From Mobula hypostoma (taxonomy: Eukaryota), in the NCBI RefSeq assembly GCF_963921235.1, contig NC_086107.1:98768001-98832000 (forward strand): a stretch of DNA of 64,000 nt, written 5' to 3'. Position numbers and translations under genes: made by a program. Under the pieces are notes generated by a model. It saw only the letters and a program-made list of their open reading frames with translations, was not told where the DNA came from and ran no database searches. The first letter of the stretch is position 1. Each line of letters opens with the position of its first letter. Of the stretch, positions 51,150 through 63,635 are shown piece by piece.

Positions 51150-51955
51150 GTCCTAGGTTACAAAGTGTAATTGATGTGTTGGTGAAATGGGCTGAGAAAT
51201 GGCAGATGGAGTTTTAGAAGTACTAATGAAATTAGGACATACAAAGTTGGAACATAGTTTGCAGGGTCTTGGGGAAATCTTGGGGAACAGGGGAACTTTG
51301 GTGTAAAGTCCAAAAAATCCTTGAAGGAGGCAGTGCACATTGTTAAGAAGGCTTATGGGATACTAACTTTCATTAGTCAGGGCATTGAATACAGAGCCAG
51401 GAGGGAGGTTATGTTCCACTGGTCAGTCCTCAGCTGGGATACTGTGTGGAATTCTGGTCACCACGACGTATGAAGGAAGTGATTGTGGTGGAGACAGTGC
51501 AGAGGAGATTCACTGGGATGGAGTTATAACGAGAGGTTGGAGAGGCTAGATACTTTCATTGCAGGAGTGGAAGAGAAGAAGGAACAGAATTGAATTCTAT
51601 AAAATTATGAGGGATATAGATAGAGTGGACTATAGGAAACCTTTCCCCATATCAGTGGTGGATAAATCTAGAGGACGTAGATTTAGAGGAAGTGGTAGCA
51701 GATTAGAGGTAATCTGAGGCGGTTGGGGGGGGGTTCTTTTTCACCCAGAGGGTGGTGAGTATCTGGACGACACTGCCTGAGAGAGTGGTGAAAGGAGGGT
51801 GACTGGCCGCACTGCCAAGTGTTCAGACAAGCACTTGAATTGCCTGGGCATAGAAGAATACTGACAAAGCGCTGGAAGATAGGCTTAATACAGATGGGTG
51901 CCCACTGGTCAGCATGGATGTGCTGGGCAGAATGGCCTGTTTCCATCCTGTATAA
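51150..51955 (+). mobile_element. Degraded CR1 3' fragment
   Basis: aaatggcagatggagtttt, ctgggatactgtgtggaattctggtcacc, ttcacccagagggtggtg, and a CR1 3' UTR. Confidence 0.8.
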
Positions 51956-52169
51956 AAAAGGGTGAGGAAAGCTTGGAGCAGTTAAGTCAAAAATGTTACC
52001 GAATTATATTCACAGAATAGGGCCATGGCATCAAACACAGACACTCTTGAAACGAAAATGAATACAAAGTTGTTTCAGTTTTACTTTTACAGTACACACG
52101 CACAGAAAGAGTGATTCAAAATCAGGGTAACAGAGAGAGAAGGACATGTATGAATATTGAGAAGATTTC

Positions 52170-52590
52170 CTGTACATCCTCGAGGATCTGTCCTGGGCCC
52201 AACAAATTGTTGCAGTCATGAAGCAGGCATGCCAGTTTGAAAAGATTTGGTATGTCACCTTAGACTCTGACAGATGTCCATAGGTGTAAGGTGGCATCCC
52301 TCACCATCTGGGACATGCCCGCTTCTTGCTACTACCATCAGAGAGGAGGTACAGGAGCCTGAAGGCACACACTCAACAACTCAAAAACAACAACTTCCCC
52401 TCCGTCCTCAGGTTTCTAGATGGTCCATGAACACTACCTCATTATCCCTTTTCTAGAACGTAGAACATCAAACTTTCTTCTGCACTATTTTTGTAACATC
52501 ATAATTTTAGGTGTTTGCACTGTACTGCTGTCGCAAAACAACAAATTTCACATGATCTTAAGTCAGTGATACTAAACGTGATTCTGAGGA
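52170..52590 (+). mobile_element. Rex1-type LINE 3' fragment
   Basis: gaggatctgtcctgggccc...ctaccatcagagaggaggtacaggagcctg..., ending in a gattctga tail. Confidence 0.75.
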
Positions 52591-52741
52591 TGCAGGCATA
52601 CAAATGTTCAATGGGTGGATGCACGGCCGCAGAAAAAGAGAGAACAACGTAACGAAACAGGCCAGCTCCCCACAGACATACTTTGTACCCCTTCTATCGC
52701 TGTTGCAGTATTTCTGACTCTCCTCATCTGTCTTGATGCAG

Positions 52742-52804
52742 TGATGATGCAGGAATCCAAACTCAATCTGTTCCAACAGAGGCAGCTAAACAGAAGGCTC
52801 CAGG
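52742..52804 (+). CDS. C22orf23: EVG1 coding exon 2
   Basis: tgcag|TG...G|gtgagt. Reads VMMQESKLNLFQQRQLNRRLQ, similar to EVG1 VMMKESKLTNIQQR. Confidence 0.92.
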
Positions 52805-54364
52805 GTGAGTACATTCACACACGTTTTGCACTCTCAGTTTTGTAGTCAATAAATTCTCATGTGGCGCCTGTCCTGGGAGTTTTTTTATGGGTTAGGGTTA
52901 CATCGTGCAGTAATTTTGGCTCTGCTTCCAAATTATGATTGACAGTGATTGGTGGAGCAGGGTAGATTTATTCTTTATTAAACTCTGCCTCTAGAAATGT
53001 TTGATACTGACTCAATGTACAAAGTGGAAAAGCTGTCTTGTTCTTCACTTTGCCTTCTTCAGACAAGGCAGGCTTCTGCCTTTAATTGGTTCTGTGTTTA
53101 GACCTGAAGGTTGCGTGAATTTATCAGAGATTACAGCATTTGTTCAGAATTTCCTACGTAAGGATAACACATTCAACCCATGACCAGGGTAGGCTGCACT
53201 GAATTAGGTACCAGCTTAACCAGCAGCACAAAATACTGGGGTAGATATCAGAGGTAGGTACTCATGCTGGGAGAAGATTCCATGTGGATCTGCACCATAC
53301 AGGATCAGTCTGATTGGGAAGCAGAGAGTAGGAGGCTGGGCAAGCATCCAGCTCCAACTCCAGGCAAACCAAAACTAAAGGGTCAAGCGCCCCTAATGTC
53401 AGCAGGTTTGAGTACTTCAGAAAAATGAAAAGATAAATGAAATCTCCAACCTGAAGACAGCTCCAGATCACTTTATACTGACAATCTGCCCTCTATTTTT
53501 AGTCCAGGTGAAGGATATCAACCGCGAGTGTTGACTGTCCATTCCCTGCTGCCTGCCTGACACACTGAGCTCCTCCAGCATTTTGTGTGTTGTTCCAAGT
53601 TCCTCCCTCTTCAGTCCTCTATGTCCTCAGGTGCAAATTGAATCCATTTTATTACCAGAGCAGTGTAGGACCCATGTAACTAAACTCTGTCTGCCTGTGT
53701 TGTATTTTGTGTTACATGTTTATTATGGGTAATTTGTCACGTGGGTTGAGGTATGGTAGAAGTGAGGACTATAATTATGTACTCATGCTTTGTCTTTGAT
53801 CAGTTTTTAGTCTGGTTAGAGTAGGGAGTAAGTCAGGGAATAATTTTTTTTGTTAACCACATATTGTTTAAATACATTTAAAAACTCTTGGCTTAGTACA
53901 TTTAAATTTGCTAACTCTCAAGTATGTTTAAATATGCTTAGACCATTTATTTTGTTATATATTAGTTTTGTCATTACAAGATCATTTGCTTTTGCTGTTT
54001 TCTTAATAAAGGATCGAACATACTTTCTTCGACTTAGAAATTGGTCATTTTTGGAGCACGTAATACAGTGTCAGCCCCTCCCCCCAGTGCTTAGTCTCTG
54101 AGCGGTTTTAGTTTGTTTTAAAGTAGCCACTATAGGCAGTGATCACTTTGGTTTAAGGTTTGTTTTTCAGACGGGAAAGAAAGGTACAATGGAATGCCCC
54201 CCAGCAGTCAGAATTAGGAGCAAGACTCTTTTTTAAAGGACACAATGATCTGGGCTTTAGTATATAATTTTAATTGGTCAATGATATTAATCTCATTAGG
54301 GCCATCTTAGGAATGATGGGCCAAGTGGTCTCATCAGTTGTGTTTATTGTTTTCCTTCTTCCAG

Positions 54365-54544
54365 AGGGTGATTCCTTACCAGTGAATTGTAATCCCACAT
54401 CCAGCCGGGTGCCAGAGACCACTCCACTGCCACCAGCTCCATCTCTCCGAGCCAACCCCTTCTCCAAACCACAACTACGTCCTGCAGAAAGTTGTCGAGC
54501 CGGTGACGCATACCAACGGGAAAAATTTAGGCCTCGACCAACAA
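54365..54544 (+). CDS. C22orf23: EVG1 coding exon 3
   Basis: tccag|AG...A|gtaggt. Reads GDSLPVNCNPTSS...LRPAESCRAGDAYQREKFRPRPT. Confidence 0.92.
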
Positions 54545-55214
54545 GTAGGTGATCAGATATACTGTACCGAATGTAATAACATTAGCAACAACTTGCTAAA
54601 CATCCAAGTTTGTTGTGAAATAATTTATTTGCAGGGATCCTAAAAGGAGAGACATCAGTAAGAATTTAGTTATTTAAATTCTAAAGCAATTCTAAATAAC
54701 TGCAAGTTAGCAAACTTGGACATTTGAAGTCTACTGTTATTCCAGGTTTAGGCATTTATTTAAAATAGTGCAAATGGGCTCCAATGCAGTCAACATCTTT
54801 GGATCTAAAGCGAAGGACACTCTGAATAGTGAAAAGTTGGAAGCCCAAAGAAGAGGAGGTTTCGCTGAAGCTGTGATCACAGTTGAAGCACTGTTGGTAG
54901 TTCTGGGAACCACATTTTAACAAGAATATATTGGTCTATGCTTTGCAACATGATACTTTGATCCTAAAGTTCAATCATAGAACATGGATCAGTACAGCAT
55001 AGAAACAGGCCTTAGACCCACAGTGTCTGTGCCAACAATCCCTTCTGCCTGTACATGATCCAGATCCCTCTATTGCCTGCATTTTTAAATGCCTATCTAA
55101 AAGCCTCTTAAATGCCACTCGCACCACACCTGTCAGTGCTTTACAGGAACCCACCACTCCCTTTGTAAAAAAAACTTGCCCCGCATATCTCCTTTAAATT
55201 TTCAAAGACAATAG

Positions 55215-56362
55215 ATGTTCTGCAGATGCTGGAAATCCAGAGCAACATGCACAAAATGCTGGAGGAGCTCAGCAGGTCAGGCAGCATCTATGGAAAGGAA
55301 TAAACAGTCGACATTTCGGGCCAAGACCTTCATCAGGACTGGAAAGGAAGGAGGATCAAGTCACAATAAGAAGGTTGGGGGGTGGTGGGGAGGGGAAAGA
55401 GTACAAGCTGATTAGTTTCTTATTAGGCCTAATTCAGGGTATTGTTTGCAGTTTTGGTAACCTACGTACAGGAAAGGTGTAAATAAGGTTAAAAGAATAC
55501 GGAGAAAATTTATAAGGATGTTGCTGGGATTGGAGGACCTGAGTTATAAGGAAAGATTGAGCAGGTTAGGTTATTCCTTGGAATGTAGAAGATTGAAGGG
55601 AGGTTTGATAGAAGTATATAAAATTATAAGGAGTATAGATAGGGTAAATGTAAGCAAGCTTTTTCCTTTGAAATTGGGTGGGACTACAACCGGAGGTCAT
55701 GGGTTAAGGGTGAAAGGTGAAAAGTTTAAGGAGAACGTGAGGAGAAACCTCTTCACTCAGAGGGTCGTGAGAATGTGAAGTGAGCTGCCAGCACAAGTGG
55801 TGAGTGCGAGCTCGATTTCAACGTTTAAGAGAAGTTTGGTTGGGTACGCGGATGGTAGGTGTATGGAGGGCTATGATCTCGATGTAGGTTGATGGGACTA
55901 GACAGTTTATATAGCTTGGCGTGGACTAGATAGACTAAAGTGCTTGTTTCTATGCTGTACTTTTCTATGACCCGATGACTGTAAGTGAAAGGTGAATCCA
56001 GGTGAGTGTTCCTTTAAATTCCCATGAAGTGGTCTCCCAATCTTTGTTGGGCCTCACTGATCTACAGGAGGCTGCACTGGATACAGTAAAGTAGATGACC
56101 CCAACAGACTCGCAGCTGAAGTGTCACCTCACTTGGAAGGACTGTTTGGGGCCCTGAATGGTAACGTGGGATCCAGTTGAGATGGCCAAAGTTACTGAGA
56201 ATTTTGTGCTGGACGTGGGGGCTGGTGGGGTGGTAGTTGAGGACAAGAGGAACTCTATCCCTGGTGGGGTGGTAGGAAGATTGCCCGAGGGTAGACATGC
56301 ACAGAATGGAAGAGATGCAGTTGAGGGCATCATTGATGGTGGAGGAAGGGAAGCATCTTGAT
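55215..56362 (-). mobile_element. Penelope-like fragment interrupted by a plus-strand CR1 3' fragment (about 55420-55980)
   Basis: pLTR at 55215-55410. RDRVPLVLNYHP and IQGPKQSFQVR remnants at 56062-56367. CR1 ORF at 55518-55778. Confidence 0.75.
55305..55341 (-). ncRNA. Minimal hammerhead ribozyme motif in Penelope pLTR
   Basis: Minus strand CAGTC-CTGATGA-AGGTCTTGGCCC-GAAA-TG-TC-GACTG, with a perfect 5-bp stem I. Confidence 0.55.
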
Positions 56363-58199
56363 GTCAAGTGACATCAGTTTACCAGGGTTCATACAGCTAC
56401 ACTTGGTCCAATGTTGCTGTGATGTCAAAAGAAGTCGCTCAGCTCATTTTATTTATGAAATTTCAGCTGTGTGATGTAGATTTCAGACAAGACTACAAAG
56501 AGATCTGGAGCAAGGCTGGCCTGGTGAAGCCCAACCTGGCCACGGGTGAGCAGGTTGTAGTAAATGCCATTTGATAACACTCTCACGACATTATTAATGA
56601 ATGGATCTGTCATATTTCTTCTGTTCAGGATCAGTGTACATCTGCACAAAAGAATTAGGAGCAGGAGTGGGTAGCTCACCTTCTAGCTGTTTCTATCATC
56701 CAGTAAAACCATGTAACCTGAATTCCACATCCCCATCTACTCTGGTAAACTTTCACCCCCTTGCAGATCAAGAATCTACCCACCTCTGCCATGGGAATTT
56801 TTTAATTCAAAGAATCTGCTGCCACTCCTCTTTGAGAGAAAAAATCTGAGGGGTCACAAGCCTTTAAAGGGATTAATATAATCTCATCTGTTTTAAAAAG
56901 AATGACCCCTTATTTTTAAACACTGGTCTCTAACCAGATTTTCCGAGAAGAGACCATCCTCTCAACGTCCACCCCTGTCAAGTCACTTGAGGGTTGTGTA
57001 TGTTCTCACTGAGATCATTCCTTATTCTTCACCTGTTCTGAAGGTTGTTAACCTGAAATATAAAGTCTCTTTCTTTCTCTACAGATGCTGCCCAACCTGC
57101 TGGGTCCTTCCAGCACCTGCTGTTAGTTGATTTATATCACCTAGCCATTTTTATTAAGACCGTACGATGAAGTTCATCAGGAACAGTGACAGCAACAACT
57201 TGCTCAGTACTCCTTCCCTGGTGATTCTGTTTTTCCTAAATTCTTCCTTCCCTTTCAATTGCTGTTTTACAACTTTTTCTGAGATGTTAGTTGTGTCTGC
57301 TAACGTCAGTCACGGCGTGCAAAATTCCTGTTTAATTCATCTACCGCCTCTTCGTTTTCCATTATTAGTTTCTCAGACTTGCTTGTTTGTGTTGTTGGAA
57401 AAGGCAACCAATGCTTATTGAACCTGTGAATACTGTTTCAGAAAGTAGTAACATTTTGATAACTAAAGATATGGGAAAGGAGAAATGTGAAGTTAGATCA
57501 CAGATTGTACAAGTGACAGAAATAACCAGGAGCTAAATGGTCTGTATCTCTTTCCATGTTGTAATACTTAAATGTTTAACATTCCCGCTGTACTCTCTCA
57601 CAATTGCCTTTTTCCATCCACGAATGCCCACCACCATATCTGACTTCAGGCTCTGTTTCTCACTCTCAACACATGCTACTACGAGCCCTGTTTCTGATTC
57701 TGTAGTTCTGAATCTCATTTTCTTGTACCTTGCCCTCTACTCACCCTGTGTCACTCTTGCCTTGTTGCCCTATCTCTCATGCATTGCCTTTGGCTGAGCC
57801 TGCCTCTGTCTCTATCTGTCATTCTCTGATGTGCTTGTCTGAACACATCAGTCCACCACACTGTAATATTCCTCTTGCATTCACACTCTCTGGTATAATC
57901 CATGTCTGTCATTGCCTGTGTCTTCCATTAACTCTGTCTCCCGTTATCCATGTCTCTGATTCTCTGTGCCTCTGACACTGTCTCTCACTCCCCTTTTGAC
58001 TCCTCCTTTGATGTTTCTGTCTTTGACATTCTGACTCTTGTCCATAAGTCAGTGCTCCTTTCACTCTGCCATCAGTCTCATACATTTTAGTCTTTCTGAT
58101 TTACTAACTTTGTCTCCTGCTGTTCTACTCGTTCTAACTATCTCTGCTTGACCGTCCCCACAGCTTCATGTCAAACTTCAAGTTTCCACTTGCACCAAT

Positions 58200-58995
58200 T
58201 CCATTTACTAGCACTTGGTTCATAGCCTTCTATATCTTAGTGATTCAAGTACACGTCTAGGTACAGTACTTCTGAAATGTTGTGAAAGTCTCTGCCTCCC
58301 CCATCCACCCAGGCAGTGCGTTCCAAATTCCAGCCATCCTCTGGGAGAAAACCTTTTCCTTAGGTCTCCTCTAAACCTCTTGCCTGTTTCCATTAACCTT
58401 GGGCCTTTAGTTTTAGACACTTCTGCTATGGAGAAGGATTTCCTGCTATCTGTTTATGCCCCTCATAATTTTGTGTACCTTTACCAGGTCCCTCAGTCTC
58501 CTCTGCTCCAAGGAAGACAAACACAGCTTGATAACTGAAATACTCCATACCATCAATATCCTGGGTCCTCTCCAGTTCAGTCATATCCTTAGTCATACAA
58601 CTATTTTTTATATACTAGTAGAACCAGAATTGTTCACATACACCACTGTGGCCTAACCAATATCTAATGAAGTTGCACTATTACTCCATGTTCTTACATT
58701 CTGTCACTCAGCCAATGAAGGCAAGTGTCCTGTATGTCTTCTTCACCACTTTATTTACCTATCCTGCTAACTTCAGGAATCCTTGGACTTGTACGCTAAT
58801 GCCCCTCTGTTCTTCAATGCTCCCTTCAGCCCTACCATTCAGTGAATATGTGCTAAGCATAATACTCACACTTACCTGGATTGAGTTCCATCTGTCATCG
58901 CCCTGCCCAGCTTACCAATTGATCGACACCTTCCTGCAGCCAATGACTATCCTCTTCATGACTAAAACACCACCAGTTACCAAGTCACCTGCAAA
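58200..58995 (-). mobile_element. Old CR1 fragment
   Basis: ORF 58220-58420: SKTKGPRL..GKRFRGDLRKRF, plus degraded RT remnants. Confidence 0.7.
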
Positions 58996-59059
58996 CGTAT
59001 CACTCTACCTCCTTCTTGTGCTCGTTCTCTAACTCATTTGCTGCGATGGTTAACTTCAG

Positions 59060-59191
59060 GAGACTTGGAGAAAGAAAAGCAGCGCCTGCAGAATATCATG
59101 GCAACTGGGAAGGATGGTCCAATACCAGACAAGAAACGAAGACCAAAGGAGGAGGAAGAAGAGGAGCCAGAAATTGACCGGTTCGAGGAGC
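59060..59191 (+). CDS. C22orf23: EVG1 coding exon 4
   Basis: ttcag|GA...C|gtaagt. Reads DLEKEKQRLQNIMATGKD...EIDRFEE. Confidence 0.95.
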
Positions 59192-59721
59192 GTAAGTACT
59201 CCTGCCACCAGCAACTCACCCCTCTTTAGCAGCACACACCTTTAATGCTAATCCAGAATCTGGCAGTGGTCCTGCTCGTGATCCAGCGCCTGCTCCTGGT
59301 ACTGGTTGTGATTCTGATGTTCACCGAATTTGCTCCTATTTGGTTCTGCTCCCCTTGTGTCTCTGTTCCTGGGTTGTTGGAGATTGTTGCTCAGGATGTG
59401 AAGAGTAGTTTCAGGAGGATGACACCAGGGGAGGCCATTCCAGTTTATTTTCTCTCACATGCCCCTCACCTTTCAGCCATTAGCCGTTTCCCTACTCTAA
59501 GGGCAATTTACAGCAGCCAGTTAACCTACCACCACATCACTGGAATGAAGGAAGGAATAAGAGTACGCACAGGAGCTCATGCACCTCACTGTGATCTTGG
59601 ACAGTAACCATGAAACAGCTGCACCACCATGCTGTCCAGTCAAGCCCCACGCCCCCATCTTGCTGACATGCTGGAGCATTTTATCAGTGTGGGCAGGAAT
59701 GAAAGTGGGAGGGATGCTCTA

Positions 59722-60216
59722 TTGAATCAGAAACAGAATTGGGTTTAATATCACGTGCATATGTCGTGAACTTTTTTAACTTAGGAGCAGCAGTACAATG
59801 CAATACATGATAAATAGAGAAAAATATAAATGAATTATAGTAAGTGAATTATATGTATGCTAAATAGTTAAATTAAATATAGTGCAAAAACAGAAATAAT
59901 TTTAAAAAATAGTTCTTGGGTTTAATGTCCATTTAGGGATTGGATGGCAGAGAGGAAGCTGTTCCTGAATTGCTGAGTGTGTGCCTTCAGGCTTCTGTAC
60001 CTCCTACCTGATGCAATGAGAAGTGGGTGTGTCCTGGGTGGTGGGGGTCCTTAATAATCGACGCTGCCTTTCTGAGGCACCGCTCCTTGAAGGTGTCTTG
60101 GATACTATGGAGACTAGTACCCATGATGGAGCTGATTAATTTTTCAACTTTCTGTAGCTTCTTTTAGTCCTGTGTAGTAGCACCCCCTTCCATATCAGAC
60201 AATGATACAGCCCATT
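59722..60216 (-). mobile_element. Rex1-type LINE 3' fragment
   Basis: Reverse complement of the 23150-23630 region, with a gaatcagaaacagaat tail. Confidence 0.8.
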
Positions 60217-60606
60217 AGAAATGGGTGTTTATACTAAGAAAAGTGGGCGAAGTTGAGGAGAATATACTGCAGGGTGGTGTGCTAGATGTTGTTAGAGAAT
60301 GGGAGTGTATAATCAGGAGGGTCTGGGTTGGGAGAGTGGTGACTGCTGGCTGAGAGTGAGAGCAAGTGTCAGGATGTTGTGGTGGTGAGGGTGGGTAGAG
60401 AAGATTGGAAGGGGTGGTGCCTGAGGATGTAATAGTTTGGCAAAGTCCTTTCCAAGTTAGTGATGAAGAAGGGGATAATTCAGGGAATAGGTGAGTACAG
60501 TATCTGAGAGTGAAGCAGAAAGCGATGCAGATGGCCAAGTGCTGTCAGGGATGGGATGGGATGGGATGGCCATTACTATTTTGTCTTTCTCTTCCCTCCT
60601 GTTCAG

Positions 60607-60707
60607 TATGTAATGAGATTGAAGAGAGAAGGCAGTTCCTGGAGCAAATGGAATCCTTTGGCCGAGGGAAGGAATTCCGTGGGATCATTCACGCAGAAGT
60701 TTCCCAG
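60607..60707 (+). CDS. C22orf23: EVG1 coding exon 5
   Basis: ttcag|TA...CAG|gtacta. Reads CNEIEERRQFLEQMESFGRGKEFRGIIHAEVSQ. Confidence 0.93.
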
Positions 60708-61321
60708 GTACTATCGGGAGATACTCGCAGAGCAACAAGTAATCCCAAACATTTCCATCTACTGCACCTGAACTCTACTTAATCATAGATACAGTTGTGG
60801 AGAAGCCTAGTGTGAGTTTTGTTTCCTTGTTGGACTGAGTAATGTACTGTCTGATCATAACAGAACTGGACCCACTCACTGGGTAGATCCTGTTGAATTT
60901 TTAACTCTTCCCCTTGGCGGAGCCTAAGGATTGTACCTTCACTGCCCATCATCTTGTTCACAATAGTCCACCTCTTCCCTGTCATCTCCTATCTATCACC
61001 TCCATTTTATTCCCTACAGAATCTCCTATCTCCATATCCCCGGCCTATAGGAGCTCTTCATCTCTCACAATCCCTTTAAAACTCCTCTCATTCCCTTTTG
61101 ACCCATCCCTCTTCTTCATTCCTTTTGTACCCTTTTCTCACTCATTCACTCTTTTCTCTCTGTCCTCCTGTGAAAGTGGTCTTACTCACTCCTGGTTGTT
61201 ATCAGCTAGTAGTTATGCAAAAAGGAATTGTGTTTGGCAGTGCAGTGTGCATCAATCAGCAACGTCTTGTTGAGCAATAATAATCTTCACACTTCAGTCA
61301 TCTGTTGTGTGTCTGTTACAG

Positions 61322-61414
61322 AAAATCCAGGAGATGAAGGAGATCGACAAGAAGAGGAGCAGTGAATTGAGGCAACAAATAGAGATGGATAAGAGGAAGG
61401 GGGAATCTGCTTGA
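61322..61414 (+). CDS. C22orf23: EVG1 coding exon 6 with stop
   Basis: ttacag|AAA. Reads KIQEMKEIDKKRSSELRQQIEMDKRKGESA*. The spliced CDS totals 669 nt (222 aa). Confidence 0.92.
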   Translation, partial: KIQEMKEIDKKRSSELRQQIEMDKRKGESA

Positions 61415-61438
61415 TCATAGTTTTATACTAGATATCAA

Positions 61439-61459
61439 ATTAAAGTCTAAAGAATTAAA
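61439..61459 (+). terminator. Candidate polyadenylation signals (ATTAAA x2) for C22orf23
   Basis: ATTAAA at 61439-61444 and 61454-61459, shortly after the stop codon. Confidence 0.35.
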
Positions 61460-62119
61460 AAGTACCCGAAAGACTTGTTTCATAAAAACATTTTCAGCTC
61501 CACCTTCCTCAGGCAGATTCTGATCCCATGGCAGGAAGTGCCCTCTCTGTATGAATGAGAGATTAGTGCTTGTTCTTTTTCCACCTGATATAATTTGTAA
61601 AATAAGGAACACAAAGTTAAAAAGCAATGAACATCGGGAAGTTTTCTGTGGTCTCTTTTATTCCAGCTGATACAACAAAGAGCTGCTGCCCCCCTCCCTC
61701 ATCAGTCACCAGGCCATAGACACCCTCCCCGAACCACTCCTGCATCGTGACGTGAGTAGAAGAGCAGATCACCTGTCACTCCACTACGCTGACTTGCACC
61801 AGATCCTTGCAACTCTCATAGACCAGTTTTATAGGCTGCCTCACTCCAGCTCTCACTCTGGGCTCTCTCTTATGCATTGCAACAATTTCTGTAAGTTTAA
61901 AAGCTATTTCTAAACTCTAACCCTCTTACAGTGAGGACCAGTGTTTCATTTATCTTTATAACTACTTTCTGGACCTACTGGTTAACCAAAGATCCCCCAG
62001 TACTGCATTCATTTCCATTCTCTCTCCATTTACAATATAATCTGCCTTTTGTTTGGTGGCTGTCTGAAGTTTCCGGCCGTGACAGGAAATCTGTGTGAGA
62101 GAGTTTTTAAAGGGGGGGA

Positions 62120-62560
62120 TCGTTGCACTCAGGCAGTTCCACTCTCTTGACCTCAGAAGTTGAGGTCCAGTGGAACAGACAAGCATCACAAACTGGGGTC
62201 TTCCTTGGTTGCAGTGGATGACCATGATGTCTTCTGTGCCTTGTCGTGTCCTTTGCTCTCCACCGAGCGTTACAGTACCACCTTCTTGGCTGTCAGATCT
62301 CCCCCGCCCAGTCTGCCAGAGCTGACTTCGCGTGCTGGGACAGGCACGTCCCTAACTCACTGGGGTACGAGGCCTACTGACTATCCTCACCTCGTTCAGC
62401 CCGCCTGTGGAAGAGATGTATCGGGGTGTGGTCGCCGTCGCATGCAAACAGCTATTTAGAACCACAGGTAAGAGTGAGTGTCCGGTGGGGACCAAAGGTA
62501 AGTGAGCTGCCCTGGAATGGACGCAACAAGCCTTTTCACCGGAGGTGCTACCCCTCTCTA
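62120..62560 (-). mobile_element. Probable RTE-derived non-autonomous element
   Basis: GC-rich interspersed-repeat-like block (ggtcttccttggttgcagtggatgacc...). Family recalled only loosely. Confidence 0.35.
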
Positions 62561-62842
62561 GACACCCCATACTCTTACTGAATTGTATGGCTTCACACTT
62601 ACCTTGCAAGAAGCTTCACTTGCCAAGTCTTTGTCAATTCACTCATATCATATCTCTTCACTGCAACAACCTCTCTGGAATATTTTTGTGTTGTCAGCAA
62701 ACTCGGGTACCTTACGTTCTGCTCCTCCTCCTCTAGTCATTAGTGACCATGTGGTTGAAGGATAGTGATCCTTAGGACACTGCAATGTTTACATTCAGCC
62801 TGAGAAAAACAAGTTAATCTCACTCTGTCTTCTATACAATAA

Positions 62843-63635
62843 CACTGGACAACATATTTTTTCGTAAGTGTTGCTTCCTCGTAATTTTTTTTTTGTTTAT
62901 GATTGACCGCTTGAAGCTGAACATAAATATAATTTCAGACTACTTGTATTACGTAGGAATTTGGAGAAGCAACAAATTAACTTATTGAATATAATGCGTT
63001 TAATTGCATAACAGTGCTAACACTTTGCAATAGATCAACTAAGCTAAAAACGTTTTTGTTGATGATTCTTGTTTGCACTCAGTGTCTAAGGCTTCTCGCT
63101 TAGTGTCCAACGATAATCAGGCAGCATTGATGGACTCTAGTTGCCCTGATACTGTTTCTCCATGACCGCAATGGCCTGGTGAAACCTGTCACCACGCTCG
63201 TCACTGACAGCGCCAAGATTTGCAAGGTGGAAGTCTAAATGGGAATTCAGAAAATGAATCTTTAGTGACATGTTGCTTCACGGTTTTGTATGCTTGGAGC
63301 ATGTTGTCAACCAGCTGCATATAGTCTGGTGCTCTGTAGTTGCCAAGAAAATTTTCAACAATGTCCTTGAATGCCTTCCATGTGATTTTCCCTAGAAGTT
63401 CTTTGAATTGCCTGCCATTAATGACCTGTTTAATTTGTGGATCAACAAAATTGCCTTTCTTAATCTTAGCATCATTTATTCTGCCTTGAATTATGAATTG
63501 AAATAACAAATATAGATGATTTTTTAAAAAATAGTGCGTAATGGGGAGACGTCCGGGTGATTTTCATGATCAGCAGCCCAAATTCTGTAATATACACCAA
63601 AAGTATTCAGGAAACAAAATCTTTGTTGTCCAGTG
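62843..63635 (-). mobile_element. Chapaev3-like (CMC superfamily) DNA transposon, internally deleted
   Basis: 12-bp TIRs CACTGGACAACA/TGTTGTCCAGTG and TAA TSD on both sides. Minus-strand transposase remnant: AKIKKGNFVDPQI...FLGNYR..., then after a frameshift NMSLKIHFLNSHLDF..NLGAVSDERGDRFHQ..VMEKQYQG. Confidence 0.8.

Noticed and set aside
57730..58150. CT-rich stretch with ORFs (also 60230-60540 and 60940-61160)
   Set aside because: These are low-complexity, strand-skewed simple sequences with no coding signal.
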